A stretch of 64,000 nt of DNA from a virus: positions 7,080 to 71,079 of the IMG/VR virus record IMGVR_UViG_3300031616_000003; one strand, written 5' to 3'. Positions 30,606-40,352 of the stretch are shown here, one piece after another. Both the position numbers and the translations under genes were made by a program. The stretch's first letter is position 1. Every line of letters begins with the position of its first letter. The notes under the pieces were generated by a model. That model ran no database searches, had not been told where the DNA came from, and was given only the letters and a program-made list of their open reading frames with translations.

Positions 30606-30870
30606 CGTCGGCCTCCCAGCGTTCCAGGACGGGCTCGACGTACGGTTCGGCCCGCTCGAAGCTGCCGCCGGTCACGTCGAAGCCCATCGGCATGTACCGG
30701 GTGGCGGCCGCGGTCTGGTCGTAGATGCCCAGGGCGTACCCGACGACGTCGACCAGGGGGTCGGCGGACTCGACGGACACGCTGTGGCCGCCGACGGTGA
30801 TCTCTACTTTGTTGCTGGTCCCGGGAGGAGGCGAAGCCGGATCGGCCTCTGTTTCCAGGTTGTCGCCCAT
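30472..30870 (-). CDS. Hypothetical protein
   Basis: GGAG RBS; 3' end overlaps the HNH gene. Confidence 0.55.
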   Translation of the reverse strand: MGDNLETEADPASPPPGTSNKVEITVGGHSVSVESADPLVDVVGYALGIYDQTAAATRYMPMGFDVTGGSFERAEPYVEPVLERWEADDAGRVERQSAQDGTTRRLVLTDPPGHHRARLRPMPVDREQRPLP

Positions 30871-30914
30871 CGACTCCGCCGCCTCGACCGGGGTGGGGTT
30901 GTTGCCGGATACGT

Positions 30915-31238
30915 CTATTCGTCCTTGCCGTACGCCTGGTCACGCGCGGCGCGCAGTTGCTTGATCAGGTGGTTGATGCCGCCGCGGTCCAGGTCGACGA
31001 AGAAGCCCTCCCAGGCTGGGCGCATCGGCTCGGAGCCGGTGTCGCTCTCCGGCGGCAGGAACTCCTGCGCCGTGTCGATCTTCGCGGGGTCGCCAGCCCA
31101 GCGGGTGCTGGCCAGCTGGACGTAGGTGTCGCGCTGCCAGTGCAGCTCGAGCCGGCCGGAGGGCGGCAGTGGTTCGCCCTCGGCCGGCGGGACGGCCAGG
31201 AAGCGGCCGGCGAGAGGGTAGATGTTGTGCTTCGGCAT
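30915..31238 (-). CDS. Hypothetical protein
   Basis: GAGGAG RBS; LDR.GIN.LI..LR.ARD.AYG.DE motif. Confidence 0.8.
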   Translation of the reverse strand: MPKHNIYPLAGRFLAVPPAEGEPLPPSGRLELHWQRDTYVQLASTRWAGDPAKIDTAQEFLPPESDTGSEPMRPAWEGFFVDLDRGGINHLIKQLRAARDQAYGKDE

Positions 31239-31308
31239 GAGCCGGCTCCTCTGAAGGAGTGCCCTTGAACCCGGGCCGGGTCGACCCGCGCCTGTGCGCG
31301 GGAGTTCG

Positions 31309-31551
31309 TCAGGAGCCTTCCTGCAGCCGTTTGACCACCAGCGCCTGGCGCACGAACGCGTCCTTGGCCTCCAGCAGCTTGCGCAGCGCCACCGTCATCT
31401 CCGGACCGTCCGGCAGTGTGCCGGCCAGGTCGAACGCGAGGTCGTGGCACGGTGCGCTGACCGCCTGCAGGAACGGCGGCAGGTGGTCGTAGGCGAAGAA
31501 GCTGAGCAGCTGCAGAGTGCTCGGGTGTCGGCCTACGAGGACGTCGGTCAT
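31309..31551 (-). CDS. Small helical-hairpin protein (possible Acb2/Tad1-like fold)
   Basis: FFAYDHLP...LPDGPE...LRKLLEAKDAFVR. Confidence 0.7.
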   Translation of the reverse strand: MTDVLVGRHPSTLQLLSFFAYDHLPPFLQAVSAPCHDLAFDLAGTLPDGPEMTVALRKLLEAKDAFVRQALVVKRLQEGS

Positions 31552-31628
31552 GGTGATCCGTTCTGTGTGGGTGGGGGTTGGGCGCCCGCCCCGGCGGGGC
31601 CGCCAGGTTTCCTGCCGGAGCGGGCACG

Positions 31629-32009
31629 TCAGGAGTTGTCGGGCCGCGTGCCCAGGCCGTCCCAGTGCACGGCGAGACCCTCGGCGACGAGCAGGTCGGA
31701 CAGGTTGCGCCCGTCGGGCAGCACCAGCTCGGCCATCCACTCGCCGGTCTTGCCGGCCGGCGCCCCGTACTTGTAGCCGCGGCCGGTGGTGATGGTGAGC
31801 TTCACGCCGGCGGTGAGCGCGAGCAGCCGCGCCTTGGCGCGGAAACCCTTGTCGCTCTTCACCGGCTCGGCGTTGATCCGGTTCAGCCGCAGCCGTACAG
31901 GGAAGCTGACGCTGCCCTCGAAGCCGATGTCGCGGGTCAGGCAGGCTTCGACGGTGTCGCCGTCGATGACCCGGGCGACGGTGCTGTTGGGCCAGGACCA
32001 TTCAGCCAC
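31629..32009 (-). CDS. Thermonuclease (SNase) family protein
   Basis: RVIDGDT, RL..INA and LVAEGLA motifs. Confidence 0.85.
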   Translation of the reverse strand: MAEWSWPNSTVARVIDGDTVEACLTRDIGFEGSVSFPVRLRLNRINAEPVKSDKGFRAKARLLALTAGVKLTITTGRGYKYGAPAGKTGEWMAELVLPDGRNLSDLLVAEGLAVHWDGLGTRPDNS

Positions 32010-32027
32010 GGGGGTGGCCTTCCTCGG

Positions 32028-32276
32028 TCAGGCGGCCAGGGCCGGCGGAAGCGTGCGGCGCCGGGCGCGCGGGTTCAGGCTGGTGTCGTGCTCGGCGGCG
32101 AGGATGTCGCCGAGGCGGAACAGCAGCGCCCGGCCGTCGCCCGGCCTGGTGCTCAGCGTGTGCCGTTCACCCTGCGGGTCGGTCCAGCCGCGGGCGTGCC
32201 ACTTGCCGATGGTGTCCGGGCGCACTCCGGTCACCATGGCGGCCTGAGACCGGGTCACGTAGGCATCAAGATTCAC
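32028..32276 (-). CDS. MerR-like HTH DNA-binding protein
   Basis: T..QAA..TGV.PDTI.KW..RG. Confidence 0.7.
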   Translation of the reverse strand: MNLDAYVTRSQAAMVTGVRPDTIGKWHARGWTDPQGERHTLSTRPGDGRALLFRLGDILAAEHDTSLNPRARRRTLPPALAA

Positions 32277-32564
32277 CAGGCGCCTCCCGATCTGGCCCCA
32301 GAAACGCGAAAACGCCCGCCGATCCGGTTGGGGATCTGCGGGCGTTGCTCCAGGCTGCAAACACACTGCACCTGCTGGTCGCCATGATGACAGTCGCAGC
32401 TGCCGAAATGCAAGCTATGCGGCCTAGTGTCTTATTGACGTTTCATTCGTTATCTGCTTACTGCGTCATGACTGGGTTGACTCTCGTACGCCGATGCGAT
32501 CTGATGCTCTTCTTTTCTTCGGCGGCCCACCCTCACCGGCAAGGGGGCAGGCCGCCGTTTTATG

Positions 32565-32807
32565 TCAGTCCGGCGGGTGCGGCACCACGAAGTGGCCACC
32601 GGTGAAGGTGATCCCGTCCTCGGCGTACGTCGGGTTCTCCAGGTGCCCCACCAGCGACAGGTCGCACTCGCTGCACTCCGCGATCGCGACGGAGTTCGCG
32701 GAGACCTTGAACTGGGCACCGGCGAGCGAGAAGCTGCCGATCTGCCGTGCGCTGAAGGCCCGCCGGATGCTGACGGTGTCCTCAGCCTGGCAGTTCGGGC
32801 AGTGCAT
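32565..32807 (-). CDS. Zn-ribbon protein
   Basis: Two CxxC motifs. Confidence 0.75.
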   Translation of the reverse strand: MHCPNCQAEDTVSIRRAFSARQIGSFSLAGAQFKVSANSVAIAECSECDLSLVGHLENPTYAEDGITFTGGHFVVPHPPD

Positions 32808-32992
32808 CAGATCCCCCGGTCGGCTAGGAACATCCCGATGCCGCCCTCGTAGTGCTCGCGCACCCCGTCGATCACGTCGTCGTCGCTCAGCGCGGCGACC
32901 TGCTCATCATCCAGGTCCGCCCACGGGCAGTCGGCGATCCACAGGCGCATGTCGGCAACCTCTTCCACGCTCAGCGCGTCCAGCAGGTACAT
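32807..32992 (-). CDS. Hypothetical protein
   Basis: AAAGGA RBS; translationally coupled. Confidence 0.75.
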   Translation of the reverse strand: MYLLDALSVEEVADMRLWIADCPWADLDDEQVAALSDDDVIDGVREHYEGGIGMFLADRGI

Positions 32993-33037
32993 GTCGGTTC
33001 CTTTCGGGCAGGTCGGCGGCGCGGAAGCGCCTGTAGA

Positions 33038-33433
33038 TCAAGCTCGCCAGATGACCACGGGGAACGCCCCGGCGGTCTGCGAGTTGGCGTCCCAGGTGAG
33101 CCACCAACCCGCCTCCTTGATCTCCGAGCATTCCATGCAGTCCGGGTCGTGGTCGGCTTCTTCGGCCTCGTCGCAGGCGTACTTCTGCACGGCCCAGGTG
33201 CTCTCCAGCGAGTTCCAGACGGCCTGCCACTTCTCCGGGTCGCGGCTGAGCAGCCCGTCGTAGAGGTCGGTCCAGCCCAGCAGCCGGCGGGCGCAGGCGT
33301 TGAAAGCGGCCAGGGCGTGGCGCAGGTTGTGGTGGCCGAGGGCGACCATGGTCTCGCTGTCCTCGCCGATGACGGCCACCCAGATGCCGTAGTAGCTGTC
33401 GAAGCCCTCGCGCTGCGGGTCGTCGGTGATCAT
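33038..33433 (-). CDS. Hypothetical protein
   Basis: GAGGAG RBS. Confidence 0.75.
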   Translation of the reverse strand: MITDDPQREGFDSYYGIWVAVIGEDSETMVALGHHNLRHALAAFNACARRLLGWTDLYDGLLSRDPEKWQAVWNSLESTWAVQKYACDEAEEADHDPDCMECSEIKEAGWWLTWDANSQTAGAFPVVIWRA

Positions 33434-33611
33434 TGGGGTGCTCCTCGCTTCTGGCGTTGCGGCGCCTCGGTGATGTGCCAGGCTCCGTCGGCCCAGCGGA
33501 TGTTCTGGTCCCGGCCGGTACGCCGGGATCGTTGCTCGGCGTGCGCGAGCGCCGCCGTGGCGTCCATTCGCGCGCACCGTCCCCGGCCGCGGCAGCACAC
33601 CCGCAGCAGGA

Positions 33612-34205
33612 TCATGCCGCGCGCCGCATCGGCACTTCCAGGGCCTGCGACCACCACTGGTCGCTGGGCCGGCGCGGTCGGCCGCGGTGCTTGAGGTTCA
33701 GCAGGATGATCGGCAGGCCGGCGCTGTACGCCTTGCACAGGCAGCTGGACGTGCCCGAGCGCAGGTTGCCCTCGTCCCAGACCCCGACCACGACCTGGGC
33801 GACCCGCAGCATCGCGTCGTTGCGCTTGTGCAGCATCGCGACACGCTCCTTGAAGTCGCGCGGGTCGCTGTCGCTGACCATGTGCACCGCGTGAGCCTGG
33901 CTCACCAGGGAGGCCCAGACGACCTGCTGGTCGACGGTCCACTGCTGGTTGGCCGGGGCGACCGGGTCGCAGGACTGGCTGGGGAACGGGATCGCCGCGA
34001 CCAGCTTCAGGTCCAGCTCGAGCGCGATCTCGGCCCAGGTCGTGTCGACCTCCAGCGCCATGCCGGAGACCGCCGTCTCGGTACCGTGCTCGCTCTGCAG
34101 CTTGGTCGCGACCTCCCGGAGCTGCTGCGCCACCCAGGGCCGGTCGGCGGCGGCGACCCGGCGGTGCCCGGTGACCATCGCGACCGGCCAGGTCTCCGTG
34201 CTCAT
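33612..34205 (-). CDS. SLOG family (YspA/DUF1273-like) protein
   Basis: VTGHR, SGMALEVD, IPF and RNDAM...SGT motifs. Confidence 0.85.
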   Translation of the reverse strand: MSTETWPVAMVTGHRRVAAADRPWVAQQLREVATKLQSEHGTETAVSGMALEVDTTWAEIALELDLKLVAAIPFPSQSCDPVAPANQQWTVDQQVVWASLVSQAHAVHMVSDSDPRDFKERVAMLHKRNDAMLRVAQVVVGVWDEGNLRSGTSSCLCKAYSAGLPIILLNLKHRGRPRRPSDQWWSQALEVPMRRAA

Positions 34206-34765
34206 CGGGCGGCCTGCGCGAACGGGTCGGGGTCGGGGAAGACCCGGTCGTCGACCGTCGTAGTAATCGGCGACATCTGGCGCTGAGCCAGCCACTGCGC
34301 CTGCGTGGCGTCGTCGATGCCCTTGGATCGCAGGTACGCCGACGGCGCGTGCATCTCGGCCCATGCCTCCTCGGGAGTGTGGCCCCAGGCGCCGTAGCTC
34401 TGCGGGTCGCCGGCCTTGAGCTTCCCGATATCGCTCGGCTCGATGCCGGCGAACTCCCACAGGATCGGGGCCCGTTTCAGCCGGCCCATCAGCTCCCTCA
34501 TGATCCGGCCGAACTCGTCCGGGTCGAGCCAACCCTGGTCCTCGCCCTCGCCGTACTCGCCGCCGGCGGAGTACAGCGGCTTGAACCAGCCCTGCCCGCT
34601 CTGGATCCGCAGCTCGGCCCAGTTGTGCCGGAAGCGGAAGTAGAACTCCTCGTCGTGGATGGTGCCCTCGGCCTGGAACGGACAGACGCCGCCGGCCCGG
34701 CTGATCGTCAGGTACGGGTACTCGACCAGCAGCTCATCGACTGCGGTCTCCAGCTGCTCGTTCAT
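34202..34765 (-). CDS. Hypothetical protein
   Basis: CP.QAEGT....FYFRFRH motif; ATGA coupling. Confidence 0.8.
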   Translation of the reverse strand: MNEQLETAVDELLVEYPYLTISRAGGVCPFQAEGTIHDEEFYFRFRHNWAELRIQSGQGWFKPLYSAGGEYGEGEDQGWLDPDEFGRIMRELMGRLKRAPILWEFAGIEPSDIGKLKAGDPQSYGAWGHTPEEAWAEMHAPSAYLRSKGIDDATQAQWLAQRQMSPITTTVDDRVFPDPDPFAQAAR

Positions 34766-35187
34766 TCGCCCTCGCTCTCCACGCGCATGCGCTGCGCATC
34801 ACGTCGGCCGGCGCCGCGCAGCACCGCGATCGGCCAGTCGATCCATTGGGTGGCCACCACGTCCCACCAGTGCCGGTCGTAGCGGCGGGTCGGGTGGTCG
34901 CAGTGACCTTCGGCGTCGTCGCGGTGGAAGATCTGGGCCACGCCCTCCTCGTCATGCACCAGCAGCCAGGCGCCGTCCTCCGGCTCCGGGGCCAGGTCGG
35001 CAGTGAGGGCGGCGAACCACAGGTCGGCCTCGCAGATCCAGCCCTGGTAGTTCTCCGTCTTGGAGGTGAACTGCACCAGGGCGCCCACGCCAGCGACGGA
35101 GCGGATGACCTCGCCGCTCACCATCACCGTGTCGCCGACGAAGATCTCGGCGCCGTCGACCTTGCCTCGGGCGTGCTCGTCGCTCAC
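34762..35187 (-). CDS. Hypothetical protein
   Basis: GTGA coupling. Confidence 0.7.
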   Translation of the reverse strand: MSDEHARGKVDGAEIFVGDTVMVSGEVIRSVAGVGALVQFTSKTENYQGWICEADLWFAALTADLAPEPEDGAWLLVHDEEGVAQIFHRDDAEGHCDHPTRRYDRHWWDVVATQWIDWPIAVLRGAGRRDAQRMRVESEGE

Positions 35188-35423
35188 TTGGGCTCCTCGG
35201 TGTCTGCGTAGTCGTCGGGGTCTTCGATGTGCCAGCCCCAGGCGAACCGGTTGTAGGCGGCTTCGTCGGCGATCTGCTCGCAGTACGCGGTGCGCGCGGC
35301 CGGCGTCATCGCGTCCCATTCGTCTCGGGGGATCTCCACGGTGTCGCTCTCACTGCCGCCGACACCGGGCCAGCTCAGGTTGTACTCGACGACGACGGGC
35401 GGGCGAGGATTGCTGTCTGTCAT
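35184..35423 (-). CDS. Hypothetical protein
   Basis: Preceded by TGCTACGCT -10-like box. Confidence 0.7.
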   Translation of the reverse strand: MTDSNPRPPVVVEYNLSWPGVGGSESDTVEIPRDEWDAMTPAARTAYCEQIADEAAYNRFAWGWHIEDPDDYADTEEPK

Positions 35424-35474
35424 ATGCGACAGCGTAGCAGTCCGATAGGACATGTCCTCGCCCGCCCGCGCCGG

Positions 35475-38400
35475 TCAGAGCCGGATCGCCTCGCGGCCGA
35501 ACAGCTCCATCATCTCGGTCATGAACTCGATGTCCGGGGTGACCGTCCAGCCTTCCGGCAGGTAGCTCTCCGAGCCGAGCTGGAAGCGCAGCGGCCGGTC
35601 GCCCGGGTGGTCCAGCATGATCTTGCGAACCCGGCCGGCCAGCTCCGCGTCGAACAGCTCCGGAGCGCAGTGGATCTCCACCAGCCGCGGGCCGCTCGTG
35701 CTGGGCCCGGTGACCCCGATCAGGCCCATGTCCAGCTCGTCGAGGATGTCGACGCAGATGGTCGGCGCCTCGCCCTCGTCGCGCTGCCACAAGCTCACCT
35801 TGACGCGCACCTTCGAGTCGGGCTGCATCAGGTGCCGGTAGGAGCCGTACGCCCGGCCGAACGCCATGATCTCGGCCTGGCTGTCCAGGTCGGCGAGCAC
35901 CAGCTTCGCGTACGACTTCCCCGACCGGGCGACCTTGTGCTCCGCGCTGACCAGCTGGCCGGCCAGGGTGGCGCCGGTGACCGACGCGTCGGCGACCCCG
36001 CCCTCCTCGTCCACCGCGATAGCCGCCAGCAGCTCGCCGATGGTCATCGTGCGGTTGCCGGCCAGCACCGGCTCCAGCTCGTCCAGCGGGTGCCCGGACA
36101 CGTACAGCCCCAGCGCTTCGCGCTCCAGGGTGAGCAGGGTCTCCTTGTTCCACTCCTCGATGTCGCGCACCGCCACCGACTCCAACTGCACGTCCTCGAC
36201 CGCGCTGAACAGGTCGTACTGGCCGACGGCCTCCTTCTTCTTCACCCCGGCGAGCTGGCCGACGCCGTCCTCGTAGCAGGCGGTCAGCGAGCTGCGGGTG
36301 TGCCCGATGGAGTCGAACGCGCCGCCGCGGATCAGCGCGCCGACCGCGGGCTTGCTGCAGGTGCTCAGCGGGATCCGGTCGAGGAAGTCGGCGAACGAGA
36401 CGTATGGTCCCTTTGCCCGGCCGGAGATGATGCCGGGCACCGCCTTGGCGCCGAGGCCGTTGACGGCGTTGAGGCCGAAGCGGATCTCGGACCTGCTGAT
36501 CGGGGTGAAGCTGGGACCGGACTCGTTGACGTCGGGCACCAGCACGGTGATCCCGATGCGCCGGCACTCGGCCAGGTACATCGCCTTCTTGTCGGAGTCG
36601 TCACCGGCCTGGGTGAGCAGCGCCGCCATGAACTCGGCCGGGTAGTGGGCCTTCAGCCACGCCGTGGCGTAGGTGATGAAGCCGTAGCTCACGGTGTGCG
36701 CGATGTTGAACGCGTACGCGCTGAACGGCAGGAAGATGTCCCAGAGCGCCTGTGCGGCCTCCTCCGAGTAGCCCTGCTCCTTCATGCCGGCGAAGAACGG
36801 CGGCTTCTCCTTGGCCAGCACCTCGGGCTTCTTCTTGCCCATCGCCTTACGCAGCAGGTCGGCCCGGCCCAGTGAGTAGCCGGCGACGGCCTGCACGGAG
36901 CGCAGCACCTGCTCCTGGTAGGCGATGACGCCGTAGGTGGGGCCGAGGATCTCGGCCAGGGCGTCCTCCAGTTCCGGGTGGATCGGCTTGATCTTCTGCC
37001 GGCCGGTCTTGCGCAGCGCGTAGTCGGTGTGCGCGTCGGCGCCCATCGGGCCCGGCCGGTACAGCGCCAGCGCCGCGGAGATGTCCTCGAAGCGGTCGGC
37101 GCGCATCTGCGCCAGCAGCTTCGACAGGCCACCGGAGGCGACCTGGAACATGCCGACGGTGTGCCCGCTGGCCAGTTCGGCGAACGCGGCCGGGTCGTCA
37201 AGCTCCGTCAACCGGGGCTCGACGTCCACCCCGTGGCGCTCGGCGATCTGGTCGACGGTGTGCTGGATGACGTCCATGGTGTCCAGGCCCAGGCAGTCGA
37301 CCTTGAGCAGGCCCATCGGCTCGAGGACTTCGGCGTTGGGGAAGCCGGACACCCACTGCTGGTCCTTCTCCGACCAGACCAGCGGGATCAGGCCCATCAG
37401 CGGCTGGCTGGACACCACGATGCCGCAGGCGTGCACGCCGACGGACCGGATCAGGCCCTCCAGCTGCACCGCCAGGTCGAAGACCTCCTGCGCACCCTCT
37501 TCCTTGCCGAGCACCGCCCGGAAGTCCTCGGCGTCGGCGTAGCGCGGATGCTCCTCGTCGGTGACGCAGGCCAGGTCGGCCTCGAAACCGCTGATCGCCT
37601 TGGGGAACGCCGCGGTCATCCGGGCGCCGGTGGCGAACGGCTTGTCCAGCACCCTCGCCGCATCCTTGATCGCGGCCTTGGCCTTGATCGTGCCCAGGGT
37701 CTGGATCCGGCAGACCCGGTCCTCGCCCCAGCGCTCCATCAGGTAGCGGAACACCTCGTCGCGGCGGCCCTGCATGAAGTCGACGTCGACATCCGGCGGG
37801 GACACCCGCTCCGGGTTGATGAACCGCTCGAACAGCAGGCCGTGCTCCAGGGTCGGCACGGTGGTGATGTCCAGGGCGTAGCTGGTGCCGGAGCCGGCGG
37901 CCGAGCCGCGGCCGGGGCCGACCCGGATGCCCTTGCCACGGGACCAGTCGGTCATGTCGGCCACCATCAGCATGTAGTCCGGGTAGCCCATCTTGGTGAT
38001 AACCGGCAGCTCGTAGCCCAGCACCCGCTCGTGCGCGTCGGCCCGGATGCCCTCCTCGCCGGCGGGGTCCGGGTACTTGCGCTGCAGCCCCGCCACGACC
38101 CGCTCGCGCAGGTAGCTGTCGGAGGTGTGACCCTCGGGTACGGGGAACTTCGGCAGCAGGTCGTCGCGGGGCAGGAACACCTCGTCGTAGGCGTCGGTGG
38201 CGATCCGCTCGGCGATGGCCAGGGTGTTGTCGCAGGCCTCCGGCAGCTCGCTGAACAGCCCGCGCATCTCCTCGGAGGAGCGCAGGTAGTAGCCCTGGCC
38301 GTCGAACTTCATCCGGTTCGACTCGTGGATCTTGTTCTGCATCTGGATGCACAGCAGCGCGTCGTGCATCGGTGCCTGCTCGGCCTCCACGTAGTGGCTG

Positions 38401-39119
38401 TCGTTGGTGGCCAGCAGCGGCAGGTCCAGCTCCTTGGCTAGGCGCATCAGGTCGTCGCGGACGTTGTTCTCCAACGCCATGCCGTGGTCCATCAGCTCCA
38501 GGAAGTAGTTCTCCGGGCCCAGCAGGTCACGCCAGATCGCCGCCTCCTGCACGGCCCGGTCGTACTGGCCGAGCCGGATCCGGGTCTGCACCGCGCCGGA
38601 CGGGCACCCGGTGGTGCCGACCAGCACCGCGCCGGACCATTTGGCGAGGACTTCGCCGAGCAGGTCGGCGTCGATGCGCGGCTTCTGATAGAAGCCCTCC
38701 CGGGAGGCGCGGCTGGTCAGCTCGAACAGGGCCCGCAGGCCCTGCGCGTTCTGCGCCAGCACGGTCATGTGGGTGAAGGCGCCGTCACCGGAGACGTCCT
38801 TGCTGTCGTCCCCGCCGCCCTTCTTGGCCGCCTTCTTGCCGCCGGCCCCGAAGTAGATCTTCTTCTTGTCGAACCGGCTGGCCGGTGCCACATACAGCTC
38901 GCAACCCAGCACCGGCTTGATGTCGGCGCCGCCCTCGCGCAGCTTGCGCGCCACGTCCCACATCTCGTAGTGGCTGAACACGTTGCCATGGTCAGTGCTG
39001 GCCACGGCCGGTTGGCCCAGCGCGACCGCCTTGGCCATCAGTTTCCTGATCTTCGCGGCGCCGTCGAGCATCGAGTACTCGGTATGCGTGTGCAGGTGCA
39101 CAAAGCTGTCGGCGCTCAC
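35475..39119 (-). CDS. dnaE: DNA polymerase III alpha subunit
   Basis: PHP HLHTHTEYSMLDG, GPGRGSAAGS, catalytic PDVDVD, YQEQV, OB fold. Confidence 0.97.
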   Translation of the reverse strand: MSADSFVHLHTHTEYSMLDGAAKIRKLMAKAVALGQPAVASTDHGNVFSHYEMWDVARKLREGGADIKPVLGCELYVAPASRFDKKKIYFGAGGKKAAKKGGGDDSKDVSGDGAFTHMTVLAQNAQGLRALFELTSRASREGFYQKPRIDADLLGEVLAKWSGAVLVGTTGCPSGAVQTRIRLGQYDRAVQEAAIWRDLLGPENYFLELMDHGMALENNVRDDLMRLAKELDLPLLATNDSHYVEAEQAPMHDALLCIQMQNKIHESNRMKFDGQGYYLRSSEEMRGLFSELPEACDNTLAIAERIATDAYDEVFLPRDDLLPKFPVPEGHTSDSYLRERVVAGLQRKYPDPAGEEGIRADAHERVLGYELPVITKMGYPDYMLMVADMTDWSRGKGIRVGPGRGSAAGSGTSYALDITTVPTLEHGLLFERFINPERVSPPDVDVDFMQGRRDEVFRYLMERWGEDRVCRIQTLGTIKAKAAIKDAARVLDKPFATGARMTAAFPKAISGFEADLACVTDEEHPRYADAEDFRAVLGKEEGAQEVFDLAVQLEGLIRSVGVHACGIVVSSQPLMGLIPLVWSEKDQQWVSGFPNAEVLEPMGLLKVDCLGLDTMDVIQHTVDQIAERHGVDVEPRLTELDDPAAFAELASGHTVGMFQVASGGLSKLLAQMRADRFEDISAALALYRPGPMGADAHTDYALRKTGRQKIKPIHPELEDALAEILGPTYGVIAYQEQVLRSVQAVAGYSLGRADLLRKAMGKKKPEVLAKEKPPFFAGMKEQGYSEEAAQALWDIFLPFSAYAFNIAHTVSYGFITYATAWLKAHYPAEFMAALLTQAGDDSDKKAMYLAECRRIGITVLVPDVNESGPSFTPISRSEIRFGLNAVNGLGAKAVPGIISGRAKGPYVSFADFLDRIPLSTCSKPAVGALIRGGAFDSIGHTRSSLTACYEDGVGQLAGVKKKEAVGQYDLFSAVEDVQLESVAVRDIEEWNKETLLTLEREALGLYVSGHPLDELEPVLAGNRTMTIGELLAAIAVDEEGGVADASVTGATLAGQLVSAEHKVARSGKSYAKLVLADLDSQAEIMAFGRAYGSYRHLMQPDSKVRVKVSLWQRDEGEAPTICVDILDELDMGLIGVTGPSTSGPRLVEIHCAPELFDAELAGRVRKIMLDHPGDRPLRFQLGSESYLPEGWTVTPDIEFMTEMMELFGREAIRL

Positions 39120-39340
39120 GCCGGCACCAGGCCCTTCTCCTTGCTGTGGTCGTGGCCCTGGGTGCATTCGTGCGGCTGCCCGCGGTCGGTCCAGGCCGCG
39201 CCGGAGATCTCGTCGCAGCAGTGGCCCTTGTGGTTGTTGATCCGCGTACAGATCAGGTCGGGCTTCTTCGGGTTGATCGCCAGGCAGAAGTCGATCTTCG
39301 TCTTCGGCCGGGCGAGCGTCGAGGTGGGGTTGTCGCTCAT
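39116..39340 (-). CDS. Small Cys/His protein
   Basis: GGAAGGA RBS; coupled to dnaE. Confidence 0.65.
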   Translation of the reverse strand: MSDNPTSTLARPKTKIDFCLAINPKKPDLICTRINNHKGHCCDEISGAAWTDRGQPHECTQGHDHSKEKGLVPA

Positions 39341-39355
39341 GCTCGTCCTTCCAAC

Positions 39356-39622
39356 TCAGGCGGCAAGGCGCCGCACGAACGTCATGCACCGTTCGCAGGC
39401 TGGCAACTCGTCGATCTTCACGAGCTGCCGGATGTTGCGGGCTTGGTAGTTGGCGCGGTCCTGGTCGACCGCGCCGCGAGTCCCACAGACAGTCGTCCCG
39501 GAGCGCCCGGGACGGATGGCGTCACTGGCCAGCACATAGGACCAGTGGCGCACCAGGGGGACATACAGAGCCCGGCTCGGAGTGCGCAACAGCGTGCACG
39601 GCTCCGGTCGGGTGTCTGACAT
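39356..39622 (-). CDS. Hypothetical protein
   Basis: H..CG...CxxC pattern. Confidence 0.6.
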   Translation of the reverse strand: MSDTRPEPCTLLRTPSRALYVPLVRHWSYVLASDAIRPGRSGTTVCGTRGAVDQDRANYQARNIRQLVKIDELPACERCMTFVRRLAA

Positions 39623-39686
39623 GCGAGACACCGTATCACAGGAATACGACACCGAGCCGGGAAGTCACAATATTCCCGGCGGTGCG

Positions 39687-39911
39687 TCATTCCTGCTGGG
39701 AAGCGGTGTCCGCGGCCGCGCGTTCCAACAGGGCAATGCGCTCCGCCTGCAGGTCAGCGGGGTTCGGCCGGCGCCAGCCCCAGGTTCCAGGGTCCATCCC
39801 GCCGTACGCCGAGTTCCGGCGGTTGCGGTCGACCTCCACCCGTTTGTCCCTGGTCTCGAACCGGGTCCAGTAGTCGTCGCCCATGGGGTCGTCGTTTGCG
39901 ACGGTGTTCAT
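39687..39911 (-). CDS. Hypothetical protein
   Basis: GAGGAG RBS. Confidence 0.6.
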   Translation of the reverse strand: MNTVANDDPMGDDYWTRFETRDKRVEVDRNRRNSAYGGMDPGTWGWRRPNPADLQAERIALLERAAADTASQQE

Positions 39912-39927
39912 CGATCTCCTCGACAGG

Positions 39928-40278
39928 TCACCAGGCGTCAGCCCGGTACGGATGCGGTGCATCCTCGTCCAGCTCGTCCGCGGCCCACTGGGCCGAGACG
40001 TCATGCAACTGGCGGCGAGTGCCCTGGCGATCCCGGCGGCGGGCCCGCTTGCGCGAATCCCGCATCGAGCACAACTCGCAGGCGCAGATCCGCTGCGCCG
40101 AGCACCACTGCAGCGAGCACCGGGTGCGCAGGTACCGGCCACCGGCGAACCAGGCGTCCAGGAATTCCTGCAGATCACAGGTGCCGTCGTCGTGCCGGTG
40201 ATCCTCGCGGAAGTGGTTCCGCATGCTCGGATCCTGCGCGATGACGTGCAGCGGGCGGTGGATGTCAGTACGGGACAT
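39928..40278 (-). CDS. Arg/Cys/His-rich 'MSRTD' protein, paralogue 1
   Basis: MSRTD..P...HxH...CDL; Arg-rich C-terminus. Confidence 0.75.
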   Translation of the reverse strand: MSRTDIHRPLHVIAQDPSMRNHFREDHRHDDGTCDLQEFLDAWFAGGRYLRTRCSLQWCSAQRICACELCSMRDSRKRARRRDRQGTRRQLHDVSAQWAADELDEDAPHPYRADAW

Positions 40279-40321
40279 GGCGATCAGTCCTCTCGGGGCG
40301 CCCTGCGTATCCGACGCAGGG

Positions 40322-40339
40322 CTAAGGCCTGTCTTGCAT
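40322..40339 (-). promoter_or_regulatory. uORF MQDRP-UAG followed by a 9-bp hairpin
   Basis: AAGGAGG RBS; ATG CAA GAC AGG CCT TAG; GCCCTGCGT/ACGCAGGGC stem. Confidence 0.6.
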
Positions 40340-40352
40340 GCCGACCACCTCC

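Noticed and set aside
35475-39119. Intein or intron in DnaE (or terminase)
   Set aside because: Lengths are normal, and no intein terminal motifs or LAGLIDADG were seen.
40278-40339. +1 frameshift from MQDRP into the downstream gene
   Set aside because: The +1 frame is open here, but the paralogous locus has a different frame and the gene has its own SD. Kept only as a minor alternative.
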